The notes: generated from the letters alone by a model not told the origin. DNA of 64,000 bases from Actinocrinis sp. (GCF_035946395.1 NZ_DASYZI010000140.1:29-64028); one strand, 5' to 3'; counted from the stretch's first letter, positions 47,291 to 56,861 are shown. Numbers and translations: made by a program.

Positions 47291-48400
47291 GTGCGAACGG
47301 ACCCCGGCATGACCGACAGCGACGAATCCGCCCCGGCGGGCGACCCGGCCGAGGCGCCGACCATCGAGCTGGACCTTCCGGGCCTGGCGTCCGGGCTCGC
47401 CTGTCCGTCCTGCGGCGCCGAGGTGCTGCCCGGGGACGGGTACTGCGAGGAGTGCGGCGCCGACCTGATGGTGCGCCGGGCCGCGCCGCCCGACGCCGCG
47501 CAGGCACCGTGCCCGGACTGCGCCGGGACCGCGTTCACCGACGGGTACTGCGACAACTGCGGCCGGCTCGCCCCCTCGTCGCGCGACCGGATCGAGCGGG
47601 ACCTCGGCACCGTGGCCGGCGTGACCGACCGCGGGCTGCGGCACAGCCGCAACGAGGACGCGATGGCCTTCGCCGTGATCGGCGCGGACTCGGGCCGGAC
47701 GGCGAGCGTCATCGTGGTCTGCGACGGCGTGTCGACCTCAGCCGAGCCGCAGCTCGCCTCGCAGATCGGCGTGGACACGTCGCTGGAGCACGTGGTGCAC
47801 GCGCTGCGCCGGGGCGAGAGCGCCGCCGCGGCCGTCACCGCCGCGATCGACGCCGCGCAGGTCGCCGTCAGCGCCCTGGCCGACGACTATCCGGACCGCT
47901 CCACCGCGCCGTCGTGCACCATCGTCACCGCCGTGGTCGAACCCGGCCTGGTCACGGTGGGCTGGGTCGGCGACAGCCGGGTCTACTGGCTGGCCGCCGA
48001 CGGCGGGAGCTCGCGCCGGCTGACCGAGGACGACACCTGGGCCGGGCAGCTGATCGCCGGGGGAGCGGTCGAGGAGGCCGAGGCGTACAAGGCCCCGCAC
48101 GCGCACGCGATCCTGCGCTGGCTCGGCCCGGACGCCCCGCCCGAGCCGGCGCACGTGCACGAGCTCCTCCCGGACGGCCCCGGCCTGGTGCTGGCGTGCA
48201 GCGACGGGCTGTGGAACTACGTCTGGGACGCCGACGAGCTGGCCCGGCTGGCCGCGGGTCACCACGAACTGCTTGCCAAGGCCGCCGCGCTCACCACGGT
48301 GGCCCTCGACGGCGGCGGCCAGGACAACATCACCGCAGTGCTGGCCGTCTACCCGCCCGACCCGCCCGCAGAGCCGTCCGAGTCCGAGTTAGAGTCCTGA
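47291..48400 (+). CDS. PP2C/PPM-type protein phosphatase with N-terminal double zinc ribbon
   Basis: CPSCG..YCEECG..CPDC..YCDNCG; NEDAM, VCDGV, GDSRVY, CSDGLWN and GGQDNIT. Confidence 0.93.
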   Translation: MRTDPGMTDSDESAPAGDPAEAPTIELDLPGLASGLACPSCGAEVLPGDGYCEECGADLMVRRAAPPDAAQAPCPDCAGTAFTDGYCDNCGRLAPSSRDRIERDLGTVAGVTDRGLRHSRNEDAMAFAVIGADSGRTASVIVVCDGVSTSAEPQLASQIGVDTSLEHVVHALRRGESAAAAVTAAIDAAQVAVSALADDYPDRSTAPSCTIVTAVVEPGLVTVGWVGDSRVYWLAADGGSSRRLTEDDTWAGQLIAGGAVEEAEAYKAPHAHAILRWLGPDAPPEPAHVHELLPDGPGLVLACSDGLWNYVWDADELARLAAGHHELLAKAAALTTVALDGGGQDNITAVLAVYPPDPPAEPSESELES

Positions 48401-48412
48401 GGTGATCGAACA

Positions 48413-49723
48413 GTGAGCACCGGCCTGCCGCAGTTCAGCGTCAGCGTCTACCAGAACGAATACCTGCCCGAAGGCGCGAACGAGGTCAACGCGATCGTCA
48501 CGGTGACCTCCTCCGGCTCCACCGCCGGACCGTCCAACGCCCGCGCCGCCCAGGTCATCATGGTGGACTGCTCCGGCTCGATGGACTACCCGTCGACGAA
48601 GATGTCCGCCGCGCGGCAGGCCACGAAGGCGGCGATCGACGCGATCCGCGAGGGCGTGCCGTTCGCCGTGGTGGCCGGGACGCACGTGGCCCGGATGGTG
48701 TTCCCCAACACCGAGTACCTGGTGCCCGCCGACGCCTCCACCCGCGCCGCCGCGAAGGCCGCCGTGGACCGGCTCACCTCCGGTGGCGGCACCGCGATCG
48801 GCCAGTGGCTCGCGATGGCCGACCGGCTGTTCACCGGGCACGAGGACGCGATCAGGCACGCGATCCTGCTCACCGACGGCAAGGACGAGCACGAGAGCCC
48901 GTCCGACCTCGACCAGGCCATCGCCCGCTGCGAGGGCCGGTTCACCTGCGACTGCCGGGGCGTCGGCACCGACTGGGTCGTCGCCGAGCTGCGCCGGATC
49001 GCCGCGGGGCTGCTCGGCACGGTGGACATCGTGGCCGACCCGAGCGGCCTGGCCGCCGACTTCCGGCAGATGGTCGAGGGCGCGATGGGCAAGGCGGTCG
49101 CGGACGTGCGGCTGCGCCTGTGGTCCCCGCAGGGCGCATCGGTCAAGTTCGTCAAGCAGGTCGCGCCGAGCGTGGCGGACCTGACCGGCAAGCGCCTACA
49201 GACCGGCCCGCTGGCCGGTGACTACCCGACCGGCGCGTGGGGCGCCGAGTCGCGCGACTACCACGTCTGCGTCGCGGTGCGCGCCGGATCGGTGGGCGAC
49301 GAGATGCTGGCCGGCCGCGCCTCGCTGGTGTCGATCGACTCCTCCGGGCAGGCCGAGGTCCTCGGCCAGGGCCTGGTGCGCGCGGTGTGGACCGACGACG
49401 CGGCGCTGTCCACGAAGCTCAACCGGCAGGTCGCGCACTACACCGGGCAGGCCGAGCTGGCCGACGCGATCCAGGAGGGCCTGGAGGCGCGCAAGAACGG
49501 CGACTTCGACACGGCCACCGCGAAGCTCGGCCGGGCCGTCCAGCTCGCGAGCGAGTCGGGCAACGAGGAGACGACGAAGCTGCTGCGCAAGGTGGTCGAC
49601 GTCGAGGACCCGGCGACCGGTACGGTGCGCCTGAAGGCGCGCGTCAACGACGCGGACGAGATGGCCCTGGACACCAGGTCGAGCAAGACCGTCCGGGTCG
49701 GCAAGGGCAACAACCAAGGCTGA
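48413..49723 (+). CDS. von Willebrand factor A domain protein
   Basis: MIDAS motif DCSGSM, GGTA and LLTDGK. Confidence 0.92.
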   Translation: MSTGLPQFSVSVYQNEYLPEGANEVNAIVTVTSSGSTAGPSNARAAQVIMVDCSGSMDYPSTKMSAARQATKAAIDAIREGVPFAVVAGTHVARMVFPNTEYLVPADASTRAAAKAAVDRLTSGGGTAIGQWLAMADRLFTGHEDAIRHAILLTDGKDEHESPSDLDQAIARCEGRFTCDCRGVGTDWVVAELRRIAAGLLGTVDIVADPSGLAADFRQMVEGAMGKAVADVRLRLWSPQGASVKFVKQVAPSVADLTGKRLQTGPLAGDYPTGAWGAESRDYHVCVAVRAGSVGDEMLAGRASLVSIDSSGQAEVLGQGLVRAVWTDDAALSTKLNRQVAHYTGQAELADAIQEGLEARKNGDFDTATAKLGRAVQLASESGNEETTKLLRKVVDVEDPATGTVRLKARVNDADEMALDTRSSKTVRVGKGNNQG

Positions 49724-49766
49724 GCCGGACGGCAGGAACGCGACGAGAGGATCGGGGTGGCTTTCG

Positions 49767-50669
49767 ATGGCGCTGTGTCCCGCCGGGCATGAGTCGCAGA
49801 CCGCGGACTACTGCGACACCTGCGGCGCGCTGATGGGCGGCGCGCCGGTCACGGCCGCGCCCATGTCGGCCGCGGCCGCACCGGCCGTGCCGGCCGCAGC
49901 GCAAGGCGCGGGCGGCACATGCCCGCAGTGCGGAGCCGAGCGCGGCGGCCGTTTCTGCGAGGAGTGCGGGTTCGACTACGAGATGGCTGAGCTCGTGCCG
50001 CCGCCCGTGACATCCGGGCCCGCGCAGACACTGAGTCAGCAGACATTGAGTCAACAGGCACCAGGTCAGCAGACACTGAGCCAACAAACACCGGGCAAAC
50101 AGACACCGGCTCAGAACTCGGATCCGCTCGCGAAGACCGTCGAAGCCGGCCCGGACTACGACTTCGACGCCGAGTTCGAGAAGGCCGAGCGCGAGTTCGC
50201 GGCCTCCGGCAGCCGGCCCGGGACGTCGACCGCGCCCGAACAGGCTGGTCCTGCCGTTGCGCCGCGCCAGCTCGCGGCCCTGGTCGTCGCCGATCGCGCG
50301 TACTACGACGCGCAGATCGAGCGCGGCGACATCGTCGAGGGCGAATTCCCGTTCCCGAAGTACCCCGGCGAGCGCCGCTTCGTGCTGGACGCCGACCGGA
50401 TCAGGATCGGCCGCGCCTCGGTCAGCCGGGGCATCGCGGTGGAGATCGACCTGACCGGGCCGCCGCTCGACCCCGCGGTCTCCCACCTGCACGCCCAGTT
50501 GCTGCGCGCGGCGGACGGCTCGTGGTCGGTGGTGGATCTCGACTCCGCCAACGGCACCCGCCTCAACGGCGCCGAGGATCCGCTGCCCGCCGAGACCGAG
50601 GTGCCGGTCGGCGTGGGCGACCGCATCCACCTCGGCGTGTGGACCACGCTCATTCTCGAAGAGGCCTGA
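49767..50669 (+). CDS. FHA-domain protein with N-terminal zinc ribbons
   Basis: CPAGH..YCDTCG, CPQCG..FCEECG; FHA motifs RIGR, VSHLHA and DLDSANGT. Confidence 0.92.
   Translation: MALCPAGHESQTADYCDTCGALMGGAPVTAAPMSAAAAPAVPAAAQGAGGTCPQCGAERGGRFCEECGFDYEMAELVPPPVTSGPAQTLSQQTLSQQAPGQQTLSQQTPGKQTPAQNSDPLAKTVEAGPDYDFDAEFEKAEREFAASGSRPGTSTAPEQAGPAVAPRQLAALVVADRAYYDAQIERGDIVEGEFPFPKYPGERRFVLDADRIRIGRASVSRGIAVEIDLTGPPLDPAVSHLHAQLLRAADGSWSVVDLDSANGTRLNGAEDPLPAETEVPVGVGDRIHLGVWTTLILEEA
50025..50114 (+). repeat. Coding 15-bp tandem array (6 units) in the FHA linker
   Basis: Encodes QTLSQ QTLSQ QAPGQ QTLSQ QTPGK QTPAQ. Confidence 0.85.
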
Positions 50670-50678
50670 GAAAGATGC

Positions 50679-50724
50679 TCCGTGATCCCGCCGCGCGGCG
50701 CCGACCGCGCGGCGGGATCACGGA
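50679..50724. terminator. Perfect 20-bp inverted repeat, probable bidirectional terminator
   Basis: TCCGTGATCCCGCCGCGCGG (50679-50698) and CCGCGCGGCGGGATCACGGA (50705-50724), between convergent genes. Confidence 0.8.
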
Positions 50725-50790
50725 TGCCGCCCGTTTCCCGCACGGCCGGGCAGCGTGGTGCATTTCGGATGTCGGCTCAGGTCACGCGGT

Positions 50791-51036
50791 TCAGATCATG
50801 CCGTCGAACTCGCCGTCCTTGACTCCGGCGACGAAGGCGACCATCTCGGCGCGGGTGTAGACCAGCGCCGGGCCGTGCGGGTCGCGCGAGTTGCGCACCG
50901 CGACGGCGCCGTCCGCGAGCGCCGCGACCTCGACGCAGTTGCCGTTGTAGCCGCTGTGGCTGCTCTTGCGCCACACGGCGCCGTCCAGCCCGTCGGCCGA
51001 CATGCCGTTGACGATGTTCTGGTTCTGCGCTGCCAT
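50791..51036 (-). CDS. DUF397 domain protein
   Basis: WRKSSHSG.NGNCVEVA..VAVRNSRDP.GPAL.YT..E..AFVAGVK.GEFD. Confidence 0.93.
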   Translation of the reverse strand: MAAQNQNIVNGMSADGLDGAVWRKSSHSGYNGNCVEVAALADGAVAVRNSRDPHGPALVYTRAEMVAFVAGVKDGEFDGMI

Positions 51037-51051
51037 GGCCCCTCGCTCTCC

Positions 51052-51096
51052 TCTGAATACACAGTCTTCTGAACACAGTCTTCTGAATACGCAGTT
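51052..51096 (+). repeat. 14-16-bp tandem repeat (3 units) in the DUF397 leader
   Basis: TCTGAATACACAGTCT / TCTGAACACAGTCT / TCTGAATACGCAGTT. Confidence 0.75.
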
Positions 51097-51312
51097 CAAC
51101 CGAGTGCACGATCCGTATGCACGAGTCACTTGCACGTGCATCCGCCTAACGCAAAGTAGCACCGCCGCAGCCGGTTGCAAACGAGGACATGAGAATCAGA
51201 ATGTTGCCGAAAGGGTGCCTGAAGGCCAGGTCCGGCGGAGCGTCAGAATAGGTCGGGACTTAGACGAAGAAGAAAGCGGCCCGCCTCGGCGCAGACGTGC
51301 CGCGGGCGGGGA

Positions 51313-52185
51313 TCAGATCTCCTCGCGCACTTTCATCAGGAGCTGCCGGCTGCGCGCCGGGGTCTCCGCCTCCACGGCCAGCCGGTCCAGCGCACGGCTG
51401 TAGATCTCGACCTCCTCGGCCTTCTCCAGGTAGAGCGCGCCGGCCAGGTGCTCGACGTACACGATGTCCGCGAGCTCCGTCTCGGCGAACCGCAGCAGCG
51501 TGAACGGGCCCTCCGCGCCGTATCCGCTGGTCTGGTAGGGCACGATCTGCAACGAGATGTGCGGCTGCGTGGTCATCTCCAGCAGGTGGTCGATCTGCTT
51601 GCGCAGCACCCGCGGCCCGCCGAGGCGCCGGTAGAGCACCGACTCGTCGATGACGACCCACAGCTTCGGCGCCGACCTGCCGAGCAGGATCTTCTGTCGC
51701 TGCATGCGCAGATGCACTTTGCGTTCCGTCTCGCGGTTCGCGTTCTCCGGGCGGCCGCGACTGGCGATGGCCATCGCGTACTCCTCGGTCTGTAGCAGCC
51801 CCGGCACGAACTGGAGCTCGTACGCCTTGATCTGGGTGGCGGCCTCCTCCAGGCCCACGTAGTCCTCGAACCACTTGGGCATCAGGTCGCCGAAGGCGTG
51901 CCACCAGCCGTGCACGTTCGACTTCGCGACCAGGTCGAGGACCTTCGCCCGCTCCGTGTCGTCGATCACGCCGTAGAGGGTGAGCAGGTCGGCGACGTCG
52001 CGCTCCTTGAAGCCGACCCGGCCGCTCTCCATCCGGCTCAGCTTCGACTCCGACCCGCGGATGCTGTACGCGGCCGACGACCGGCTGATCCCGGCGTGCT
52101 CCCGCAGCCTGCGCAGTTGAGTGCCGAGAATCAGCCGTCTTACTGTCGGACCGAGCGGCTGATCCTCCTTGGGATCGTCGAACAC
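51313..52185 (-). CDS. XRE-family regulator with C-terminal DUF5753-type domain
   Basis: RRLILGTQLRRLRE, SKLSRMESG, FVPGLLQTEEYA, VVIDESVL and VYVEHL.GALYLE. Confidence 0.93.
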   Translation of the reverse strand: MFDDPKEDQPLGPTVRRLILGTQLRRLREHAGISRSSAAYSIRGSESKLSRMESGRVGFKERDVADLLTLYGVIDDTERAKVLDLVAKSNVHGWWHAFGDLMPKWFEDYVGLEEAATQIKAYELQFVPGLLQTEEYAMAIASRGRPENANRETERKVHLRMQRQKILLGRSAPKLWVVIDESVLYRRLGGPRVLRKQIDHLLEMTTQPHISLQIVPYQTSGYGAEGPFTLLRFAETELADIVYVEHLAGALYLEKAEEVEIYSRALDRLAVEAETPARSRQLLMKVREEI

Positions 52186-52301
52186 GGCGATGAACTCCTC
52201 ACATCGAACTTCTTGGCGCGTTTACGATTCTATTACGTGTCCTTACGCTAAGTTAAGTGCCGTCAGCTTTCTGGTTGTGCAAATGCGCCGGGAGACCGCA
52301 T

Positions 52302-53141
52302 ATGACGAAGAACACTGTCATCCCGTCCGAACCCTCCGTCCCGGTGGGCGTCGATCCGACCAGGGCGAGTATCGCCCGAGTGTACGACGCATTCCTCAAC
52401 GGCAAGGACAACTACGAGGTCGACCGGGCGGTGCTGCGCGGGGTGCAGAAGGCCGCCCCCGAGGCGGTGGACCTGGCCTTCGAGAATCGCGGGTTCCTGA
52501 TCCGCGCCTGCCGTTTCCTCGCCTCGCAGACCGGCGTCGATCAGTTCCTCGACTGCGGCTCGGGCCTGCCCACCGCGGAGAACGTGCATCAGGTCGTGCA
52601 GCGGCTCAACCCGGACGCGACGGTCGTGTACCTCGACAACGATCCGGTGGTGCTCGCCCACGGCCGCGCGCTGCTGGAGGAGAACGAGCTGACCCACCTG
52701 GTGTCCGCGAACATCTTCGACCCGCGCGAGGTGCTCGGCAACGAGGAGGTCCGCGACCGGATCGACTTCACCAGGCCGCTGGTGTTCCTCCAGATGGGCA
52801 CGCTGCACCACTACAACGGCGGTCGCGAGCGGCCCGCGCAGATCATGCGGGAGTTCATCGACGCGCTGCCGTCCGGCTCGTACGTGGCGATAAGCCACTT
52901 CTTCGACCCGGAGAACCAGTACAGCGAGGTGGCCCGCAAGATGGAGGAGATGTTCCTGCACAGCATGATGGGCTCGGGCACCTTCCGCACGCGGGCGGAA
53001 CTGCTTGAGCTGTTCGACGGGCTCGAACTGGTCGACCCGGGCCTGACCCTGTGCGCCGACTGGTGGCCGGACGGGCCGCGGCTCAAGCCGCTGAACCAGG
53101 TGCAGCAGTGCATCGCCGGGGCCGTCGGCCGCAAGCCTTGA
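52302..53141 (+). CDS. Actinobacterial SAM-dependent methyltransferase (PF04672-type)
   Basis: ASIARVYDAFLNGKDNYEVDR, NRGFL.RA, QFLDCGSGLPT..NVHQV and VYLDNDPVVLAHGRALL. Confidence 0.92.
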   Translation: MTKNTVIPSEPSVPVGVDPTRASIARVYDAFLNGKDNYEVDRAVLRGVQKAAPEAVDLAFENRGFLIRACRFLASQTGVDQFLDCGSGLPTAENVHQVVQRLNPDATVVYLDNDPVVLAHGRALLEENELTHLVSANIFDPREVLGNEEVRDRIDFTRPLVFLQMGTLHHYNGGRERPAQIMREFIDALPSGSYVAISHFFDPENQYSEVARKMEEMFLHSMMGSGTFRTRAELLELFDGLELVDPGLTLCADWWPDGPRLKPLNQVQQCIAGAVGRKP

Positions 53142-53164
53142 CCGGACGCCGGTCCACTCGCTGG

Positions 53165-53204
53165 GCCGTGTGCGCCCCTGCGGGGGTCCGGAGGCGCACA
53201 CGGC
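53165..53204. terminator. 12-bp inverted repeat between convergent genes
   Basis: GCCGTGTGCGCC (53165-53176) and GGCGCACACGGC (53193-53204). Confidence 0.6.
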
Positions 53205-53219
53205 TTCGCGATCCGGCCG

Positions 53220-54776
53220 TCAGCCGGTGTACTGGACGATGATCTTCGTGAAGTCGTACGGGTTCTGCGTGATGTTCGAGCACGTACCCGGTGCCCACGG
53301 CTCGACCGCGCCGGCCGGGCACTGGTAGTCCCGGTTCACCGACCAGAACGAGAACCAGGCCGGGTGGTTGGCCTTCACGAAGCCCAGCAGGGTGCTGAAA
53401 TCGGACTGGGTGAACAGCTCCGAGGGCTGGTCGGTGTGGCCGTTCATGATCTGGAAGCCCATGTGCGACCAGGCCGTCGCGGCACTCCAGCCGTAGATCG
53501 ACTCCAGCTGTCCCGCCGCGTCGTTCGCGACGGCCTCGGTCTGCGCGACCTCCGTGCCCGAAGTCAGGCCGGTGTCGAAGTCCATGATGTTGACGATGTC
53601 CAGCCGGGCGCCGTTCGCGATCGCCTGCTTGATCTCGTCGGTGCCGGTGCCGGGGAATCCGACCGTGGTCATCGGGATGGTCAGCGAGACCTTCAGGCCC
53701 GGGTTGTCCGACTCGATGATCTTGATCGCGCCGAACCGGACCGCGGTGTTCGAGTCCAGCGCGGTGTTCTCGTAGTCGAAGTCCACCCGGGTCAGCCTGT
53801 ACTTGGTGATCATCTGCTGGTACGCGCCGGCCAGCGCGGAGGCCGAGCCGCAGGTCGAGCCGAGCTCGGTGCCGTTGTAGCCGCCGAAGGACACCGCGAC
53901 GTCGCCGCCGGCCGCGCGGATCGTGTTGATGTCGGCCGCCACGGCCGTGTCCGAGGAGACCGGCATCGAGGAGTTGCCGTCCCACGCGGGCGTGCACCCG
54001 CCGGAGTCGAGCACGAAGGCGAGGTTGTACTGCGTCTCTCCGGAGCCGCTGATGATCGAGGACATCGCCGCCGGGCTGTTGTCGACCGGCATGAAGTACA
54101 CCGGGTGCGTGAACGAGCCGGTACCGCCGGTCGAGGTGACTGACGCGGACGGCGACGGCGAGGCGCTCGGTGATGACGACGGCGAGGGCGAAGGCGAAGC
54201 GCTCGTCGCGGACGGCGACGGCGAGGGGGAGCCGCCGGTGCCTGCCGGGCCGGTGAGCGCGAGGTCGTCGGCGTAGTAGGTGCCCTGCGCGTACCAGCCG
54301 TGTACGTACACCTGCACGCTGGTCTGGCTCGCGCCGGTGGTGAACGTCGTCGAAAGCTGCTGCCATGAGGTCGCCGACGGGGTCCAGTTGGAGGTACCGC
54401 CGGTGATCCCGATGTAGACGTACGCGCCCTCGACATAGCCGGAAAGCGTGTAACTGGTGTTCGCGAGCACGGAGACGGTCTGCGTGCACTGAGCGTCGTC
54501 CGAGTTGGTCGCGGCGCCGGCCAGCGCGTAGCTGCCGGAGTGCACCGGCGAGCCGACGACGGACCCGGTGCCCGCGTCGCAGGACCAGCCGGTCAGGTTG
54601 CCGGACTCGAATCCGGGGTTCGCCAGCAGGTTGGTGGTCGCCGCCCCGGCGGGCACGGCGAGGGCCGCGACGAGCCCCATGCCGCCGGCCGTCATGGCGA
54701 GCGCGGCGGCCGCGGCGGCGAGGCGCCTCGGCGGCCGGGCACCGCTTCGGTGAGCACTGTTTAGGACTGGACGCAC
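53220..54776 (-). CDS. Secreted GH18 chitinase with CBM4/9-type module and Ser/Pro linker
   Basis: AAGGAG RBS; signal peptide; NLLANPGFESG carbohydrate-binding module; VSFGG and VDFDYE (DxDxE). Confidence 0.92.
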   Translation of the reverse strand: MRPVLNSAHRSGARPPRRLAAAAAALAMTAGGMGLVAALAVPAGAATTNLLANPGFESGNLTGWSCDAGTGSVVGSPVHSGSYALAGAATNSDDAQCTQTVSVLANTSYTLSGYVEGAYVYIGITGGTSNWTPSATSWQQLSTTFTTGASQTSVQVYVHGWYAQGTYYADDLALTGPAGTGGSPSPSPSATSASPSPSPSSSPSASPSPSASVTSTGGTGSFTHPVYFMPVDNSPAAMSSIISGSGETQYNLAFVLDSGGCTPAWDGNSSMPVSSDTAVAADINTIRAAGGDVAVSFGGYNGTELGSTCGSASALAGAYQQMITKYRLTRVDFDYENTALDSNTAVRFGAIKIIESDNPGLKVSLTIPMTTVGFPGTGTDEIKQAIANGARLDIVNIMDFDTGLTSGTEVAQTEAVANDAAGQLESIYGWSAATAWSHMGFQIMNGHTDQPSELFTQSDFSTLLGFVKANHPAWFSFWSVNRDYQCPAGAVEPWAPGTCSNITQNPYDFTKIIVQYTG

Positions 54777-54928
54777 GAAGCGCTCCTTGTCATCGGTACA
54801 GCGGCATGCCGCAGAAGGCTGACGTGTACTGGAACGTGCGGTGATCCGGGTCGCCGTACCGGAGGAGAGCTGTTGCCGTGTGCATGTGTGCCGGGCACTG
54901 GTTCATCGCGCACGGGTGTATCGAGCAC

Positions 54929-54974
54929 TGTGGTCCAGACCATTGTGCTCTGTCAAGGTATGGTCTGGACCAAT
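54929..54974 (-). promoter_or_regulatory. Two DasR-responsive-element-like boxes flanking a TTGACA -35 hexamer (chitinase promoter)
   Basis: TGTGGTCCAGACCATT (54929-54944) and TATGGTCTGGACCAAT (54959-54974); TGTCAA at 54951-54956 reads TTGACA on the minus strand. Confidence 0.8.
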
Positions 54975-55216
54975 TTCGGGCCGTCAGCGGCCGGACCGCC
55001 GTGCGACGCGCGCGAGTGCCACACCTGCCGCCAGTACTGACATGCCGAGCGCCAGCGGCCACTTCGAGGCGGTCCCGGTCGCGGCCAGTACGCACGGGTA
55101 GCCACACTCGTTGTGTTAGGGCCGTGCCGCGGCACTTCCACTCTTTCGGCGCAGCTCCGTTGCGGTGAAGGAGGGAGGAGACTGATATATCAAGCTATTA
55201 ATTCTTGCTGCGCCGC

Positions 55217-56701
55217 CTACGCGATCAGGTCGGCCCGATGCTCCGCGGCCTGGCGCGGTCCCGGTGCCGTGCGGGCCAGCGCCAGCCTGCGTAACGCCTC
55301 GTGCAGCATCTCCGGCGGCTGCACGTAGGGCAGGCGCACGTAGCGCTCGAAGGTTCCCGGGTCGGCGCCGAAACGCGGTCCGGCGTGCAGCATCACTCCG
55401 TGCGTCTGCGCACGCTGCGCCAGCAGGGTCGCGTCCTCGCGGTCCATCCGCATCCACAGCGACAGGCCGCCCTCCGGCACCCGGTACGTCCAGTCCGGGA
55501 ACGTCTCGCCCACGGCCTGCATCAGCGCCGCGCGCTGCTCGCGCCAGTCGCGCCGATGCCCGTCCGCGTAGTCCTGGTCGCCGCGCAGCACGGCGGCCGC
55601 GGCCAGCTGGTCGAGCATCGGCGAGGCCAGGTCCATCGCGGCGCGCGCGGCGGCCAGTTCGTGCACTATGCGCGCCGGGCCGCGCAGCCAGCCGATGCGT
55701 AGCCCGCACCAGAAGGACTTGGCCATCGAGCCGCACACCAGCACCGACTCCGCGTCGGCCGGCCGGATCGTCGTCGCGAACGGCGGCGGCACGGGCACGT
55801 CGAGCGCCACCTCGGTGATCGTCTCGTCGGCCAGCAGCCACGACCCGGCGCGCCGGGCCGCGCGCGCGATCGAGCCCTGCATGTCGGCGTCCATCAGGTG
55901 CCCGGTCGGGTTCTGGAAGTGCGGGATCAGATACGCCAGCCGGGGCCGCAGCTGCGCGAGCGCGTTCTCGTAACCGCCCGGTACCCAGCCGTGCTCCTCC
56001 AGCGGCACCGGCATCGGGCGGGTCTGCGCGTTCCAGAACGTGTCGAGCGCGTTCGGGTACGTCGGGCTCTCCACCAGAACCCGGTCTCCCGCGCGGCACA
56101 GCAGCCGGGCCACCATCGTGATCGCGCCCTGAGACCCGTTGGTGACCAGGATCTGGTCCGGCGAGGTCGGCAGCCCGCGCGCGGTGTAGTGGTCCGCGAC
56201 GGCCTCGCGCAGCACGCCGAGCCCGTACGGCGCGTAGCCGCCTGCTCCGGAGTAGGCCGGCAGCTGGTCGGCCGCGGTGCGCAGCGCCGCCTGCAACACC
56301 GGCAGCGGGGCGGGTGGCGACGCGCACATCAGGTCGATGACGTCGGTGTCCGGCCAGCCGGTCTGCCAGCCGCCGCTGGTGCGTGCCGCCGCGCCGTCCG
56401 GCAGCGAGACGTACGTGCCCGAGCCCTGCCGGCTGACCGCGAACCCTGACTCGCGCAGCAGCGCGTACGCCACGGTGACCGTGGTGCGGCTGACGCCGAG
56501 CGCGGTGCTCAGCGTGCGCTCGGCGGGCAGCCGCGTGCCCAGCGCGAGCCGGCCGTCGAGCACCAGGCCGGTGATCCGCTCTGCGAGCGCGGCCTGTAGC
56601 GGCTTGCCGCGCCCGTCGCCGTCGGCGCTGCGCCACGGCCCGAGCCGCGCGGCGAGTTGGCCCGCCCCGATTGTCGCCGTCGGCACGACCGCTCCAGACA
56701 T
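55217..56701 (-). CDS. MocR/GabR-family PLP-dependent transcriptional regulator
   Basis: GntR HTH (LPAERTLS..LGVSRTTV..AY..L) followed by an aminotransferase fold (YLIPHFQNPTG, DET, GSMAKSFW.GLRIGW). Confidence 0.93.
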   Translation of the reverse strand: MSGAVVPTATIGAGQLAARLGPWRSADGDGRGKPLQAALAERITGLVLDGRLALGTRLPAERTLSTALGVSRTTVTVAYALLRESGFAVSRQGSGTYVSLPDGAAARTSGGWQTGWPDTDVIDLMCASPPAPLPVLQAALRTAADQLPAYSGAGGYAPYGLGVLREAVADHYTARGLPTSPDQILVTNGSQGAITMVARLLCRAGDRVLVESPTYPNALDTFWNAQTRPMPVPLEEHGWVPGGYENALAQLRPRLAYLIPHFQNPTGHLMDADMQGSIARAARRAGSWLLADETITEVALDVPVPPPFATTIRPADAESVLVCGSMAKSFWCGLRIGWLRGPARIVHELAAARAAMDLASPMLDQLAAAAVLRGDQDYADGHRRDWREQRAALMQAVGETFPDWTYRVPEGGLSLWMRMDREDATLLAQRAQTHGVMLHAGPRFGADPGTFERYVRLPYVQPPEMLHEALRRLALARTAPGPRQAAEHRADLIA

Positions 56702-56717
56702 CAGGCCACCTTCTTCA

Positions 56718-56775
56718 AATTGGCTATCGATTGCCGGTCCAATCTGTGACCAGAATGGCATCGCCAGGCCAATCT
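56718..56775. promoter_or_regulatory. Probable MocR operator in the divergent mocR-yczE spacer
   Basis: ATTGG (56719-56723) and CCAAT (56739-56743) form an inverted pair; GTCCAATCT (56737) and GGCCAATCT (56767) form a direct pair. Confidence 0.5.
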
Positions 56776-56777
56776 CG

Positions 56778-56861
56778 GCAAGAGGGCCGAGTGCAAGAGG
56801 CCGAGTGCAAGAGGGCTGAGTGCAACAGAGCCGAGCGTAAGAGAGCCGAGTGCAAGAGGGG
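56778..56861 (+). repeat. Degenerate 15-bp tandem array (about 5.7 units) in the yczE leader
   Basis: GCAAGAGGGCCGAGT / GCAAGAGGCCGAGT / GCAAGAGGGCTGAGT / GCAACAGAGCCGAGC / GTAAGAGAGCCGAGT / GCAAGAGGGG. Confidence 0.85.
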
